Shown here piece after piece: positions 62,191 through 64,000 of a stretch of DNA of 64,000 nucleotides. The first letter of the stretch is position 1, and the number at the start of each line of letters is the position of its first letter. Source of the stretch: Mobula birostris (Eukaryota); assembly GCF_030028105.1 (NCBI RefSeq), contig NC_092374.1, forward strand, positions 122,711,589 through 122,775,588, given 5' to 3'. The notes beneath the pieces were generated by a model. The model searched no databases, was not told the origin of the DNA, and was given only the letters and a program-made list of their open reading frames with translations. The position numbers and the translations under genes were made by a program.

Positions 62191-62466
62191 GACTGGCAGA
62201 GCTGTCTGGATCATGACACATCACAGTAGTCTGCAAAGGATAAACCAGGATGACTTATTGATCAATTGTGCTTATTTATTTGGCTTGTCAGTAGGAAAGT
62301 ATTGTATATTGCTGTGCAATGGTGCAAAGTAACAATTAAAGAATTGGTGAGCTGTTAAGAAGTCTCAACTTCTTTGCAATTGCAGTAGGTGGGTTCTTTC
62401 ATTGTTTTATGTTTTAAACAAATCTTTTGTACATATTATAAATTGAGTATATTTCAAAGCTAACTC

Positions 62467-62714
62467 CACCATGGATGGTCCCAAGCCCGGCTGCAGAAGG
62501 AGGAAGGTTGGGCATGGGGCTAGCAACTCCATCCTGCAAAAACCCAGTGCTACAGAAATGCAGTAGAAGCTCCAGGGACCTCATCCCTGGGAGGGAAAAG
62601 ATGTTTGAAGATGAGCTACACTTGGGAACAACTTGAAAGTCTGGCCCAAGACGGAGGACTCTGCTGGTGGAAGCCTATGCCCCAGCAGGGCTGATGGGCT
62701 TAAAAGAGAGATAC
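62467..62714 (+). mobile_element. Bipartite RTE mini-element
   Basis: TSD TTCAAAGCTAACTC at 62453-62466 and 62715-62728; TWEQLESLAQDGGL...LCPSR C-terminus; GGGCTAGCAACTCC 5' UTR motif. Confidence 0.85.
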
Positions 62715-62908
62715 TTCAAAGCTAACTCATAATTATAAAGGTTGGATAGCTGATGCAAGGAAATATTTTGAGCTAAAATAAACTCATTGTTGCAAATAAG
62801 ATTATGCCTATAATTTTATCAGATAACCTCTCTTTTCTCTTAAAGTCTTTAGACTATCACTAATTGAACATTGCTTGACTGGAAGTACTATATCTAACTG
62901 ACCATTTT

Positions 62909-63243
62909 TAGAACATAGAACATAGAATAGTACAGCACAGTACAGGCCCTTTGGCCCACATTGTTGTGCCGACCCTCAAACCCTGCCTCCCATATAAACC
63001 CCATCTTAAATTCCTCCATATACCTGTCTCGTAGTCTCTTAAACTTCACTAGAGTATCTGGCTCCACCACTGACTCAGGCAGTGTATTCCACGCACCAAC
63101 CACTCTCTGAGTAAAAAACCTTCCTCTAATATCCCCCTTGAACTTCCCACCCTTTACCTTAAAGCCATGTCCCCTTGTATTGAGCAGTGGTGCCCTAGGG
63201 AAGAGGTGATGACTATCCCCGCTGTCTATTCCTCTTAATATTT
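62909..63243 (-). mobile_element. CR1 3' end
   Basis: (TAGAACA)n tail; FFTQRVVGAWNTLP. Confidence 0.9.
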
Positions 63244-63344
63244 TGGCCTAGGAGCATTGACAATGAATGCAAAGGAACAATTTAAATTCAAGAGATAGAA
63301 GAAGAATTTTTTTTATTGCATTAGCTCCGAGAAAATTGAAATAT

Positions 63345-63605
63345 AGATAGATTAGCTGTATTTATCACACGTACATCAAAACATACAGTGAAATGCGTTG
63401 TTAGTGTCCATTACCATTACAGTCTGAGGATTTGCTGGGGGCAGCCCACAAGTGTCGCCATTCTTCTGGCGCCAACGTAACATGCCCACAATCTATACGT
63501 CTTTGGAATATGAGAGGTAATCAGAGAATGCAATCATGGGAAGAACATACAAGCTCTTTACAGACAATGTTGGGAATTGAACCCTCAACCATTGATTGCT
63601 GGCAC
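63345..63605 (-). mobile_element. tRNA-derived SINE with Rex-like tail
   Basis: Reverse B box GGGTTCAATTCCC at about 63572-63583; V-core remnant. Confidence 0.6.
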
Positions 63606-64000
63606 TTTTCTTTAAAGTCATTACTATTTACTTCAACAGACTTTACATGAAAAATTCTCTCCTTCTAATGTCAAGAAATGTTCAGTTATCTGAGATTTGA
63701 GAAGCACGTTCTTGGTTTTTGATGATTGTTGCTAAAGTACCTTTTTTTTGCACAGATAGTGTAGTTTGGAGCTTGGATCTGTCATTTGTAATGCTGAGAA
63801 TAATCTCAACTTCTAACATCAGCGCTGTAGTGATGCAGGTCATAGCTCTTCAAGTAAAAATCCACATACTTGTCCAGTTCAAGTTCAAATTCAGTTTATT
63901 GTCATCCATCCGTACACATATATACCACCAAATGGCACAAAGTTCCTCCAGACCAGGGTGCACAACATAGTACACACATAACACATACAGTAAATATGAT

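Overview
Eukaryotic, AT-rich, repeat-dominated vertebrate DNA, either intronic or intergenic. The repeat families (CR1 with (TTCTATG)n tails, Rex1/Babar, V-SINE, DeuSINE, Penelope-like) suggest a cartilaginous fish, probably a ray or shark; this is an inference. No complete host gene is visible. All long ORFs are broken LINE reverse-transcriptase/endonuclease, Tc1 transposase, Gypsy gag or Penelope GIY-YIG remnants, and there are only a few unconfirmed candidate exons. Highlights: (1) a CpG-rich 570-bp non-autonomous RTE element (18241-18810, TSD ACCTCC) carries a 178-bp circularly permuted fragment of the host gene ZFTRAF1/CYHR1, which points to capture of a small DNA or RNA circle, and it has a long G-U-rich 5' hairpin; (2) several TSD-flanked fold-back Penelope-like elements carry minimal hammerhead ribozymes on opposite strands; (3) there are four distinct bipartite RTE mini-element families and several multi-level nested insertions. 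All family assignments come from motif recognition by eye, not from database searches.
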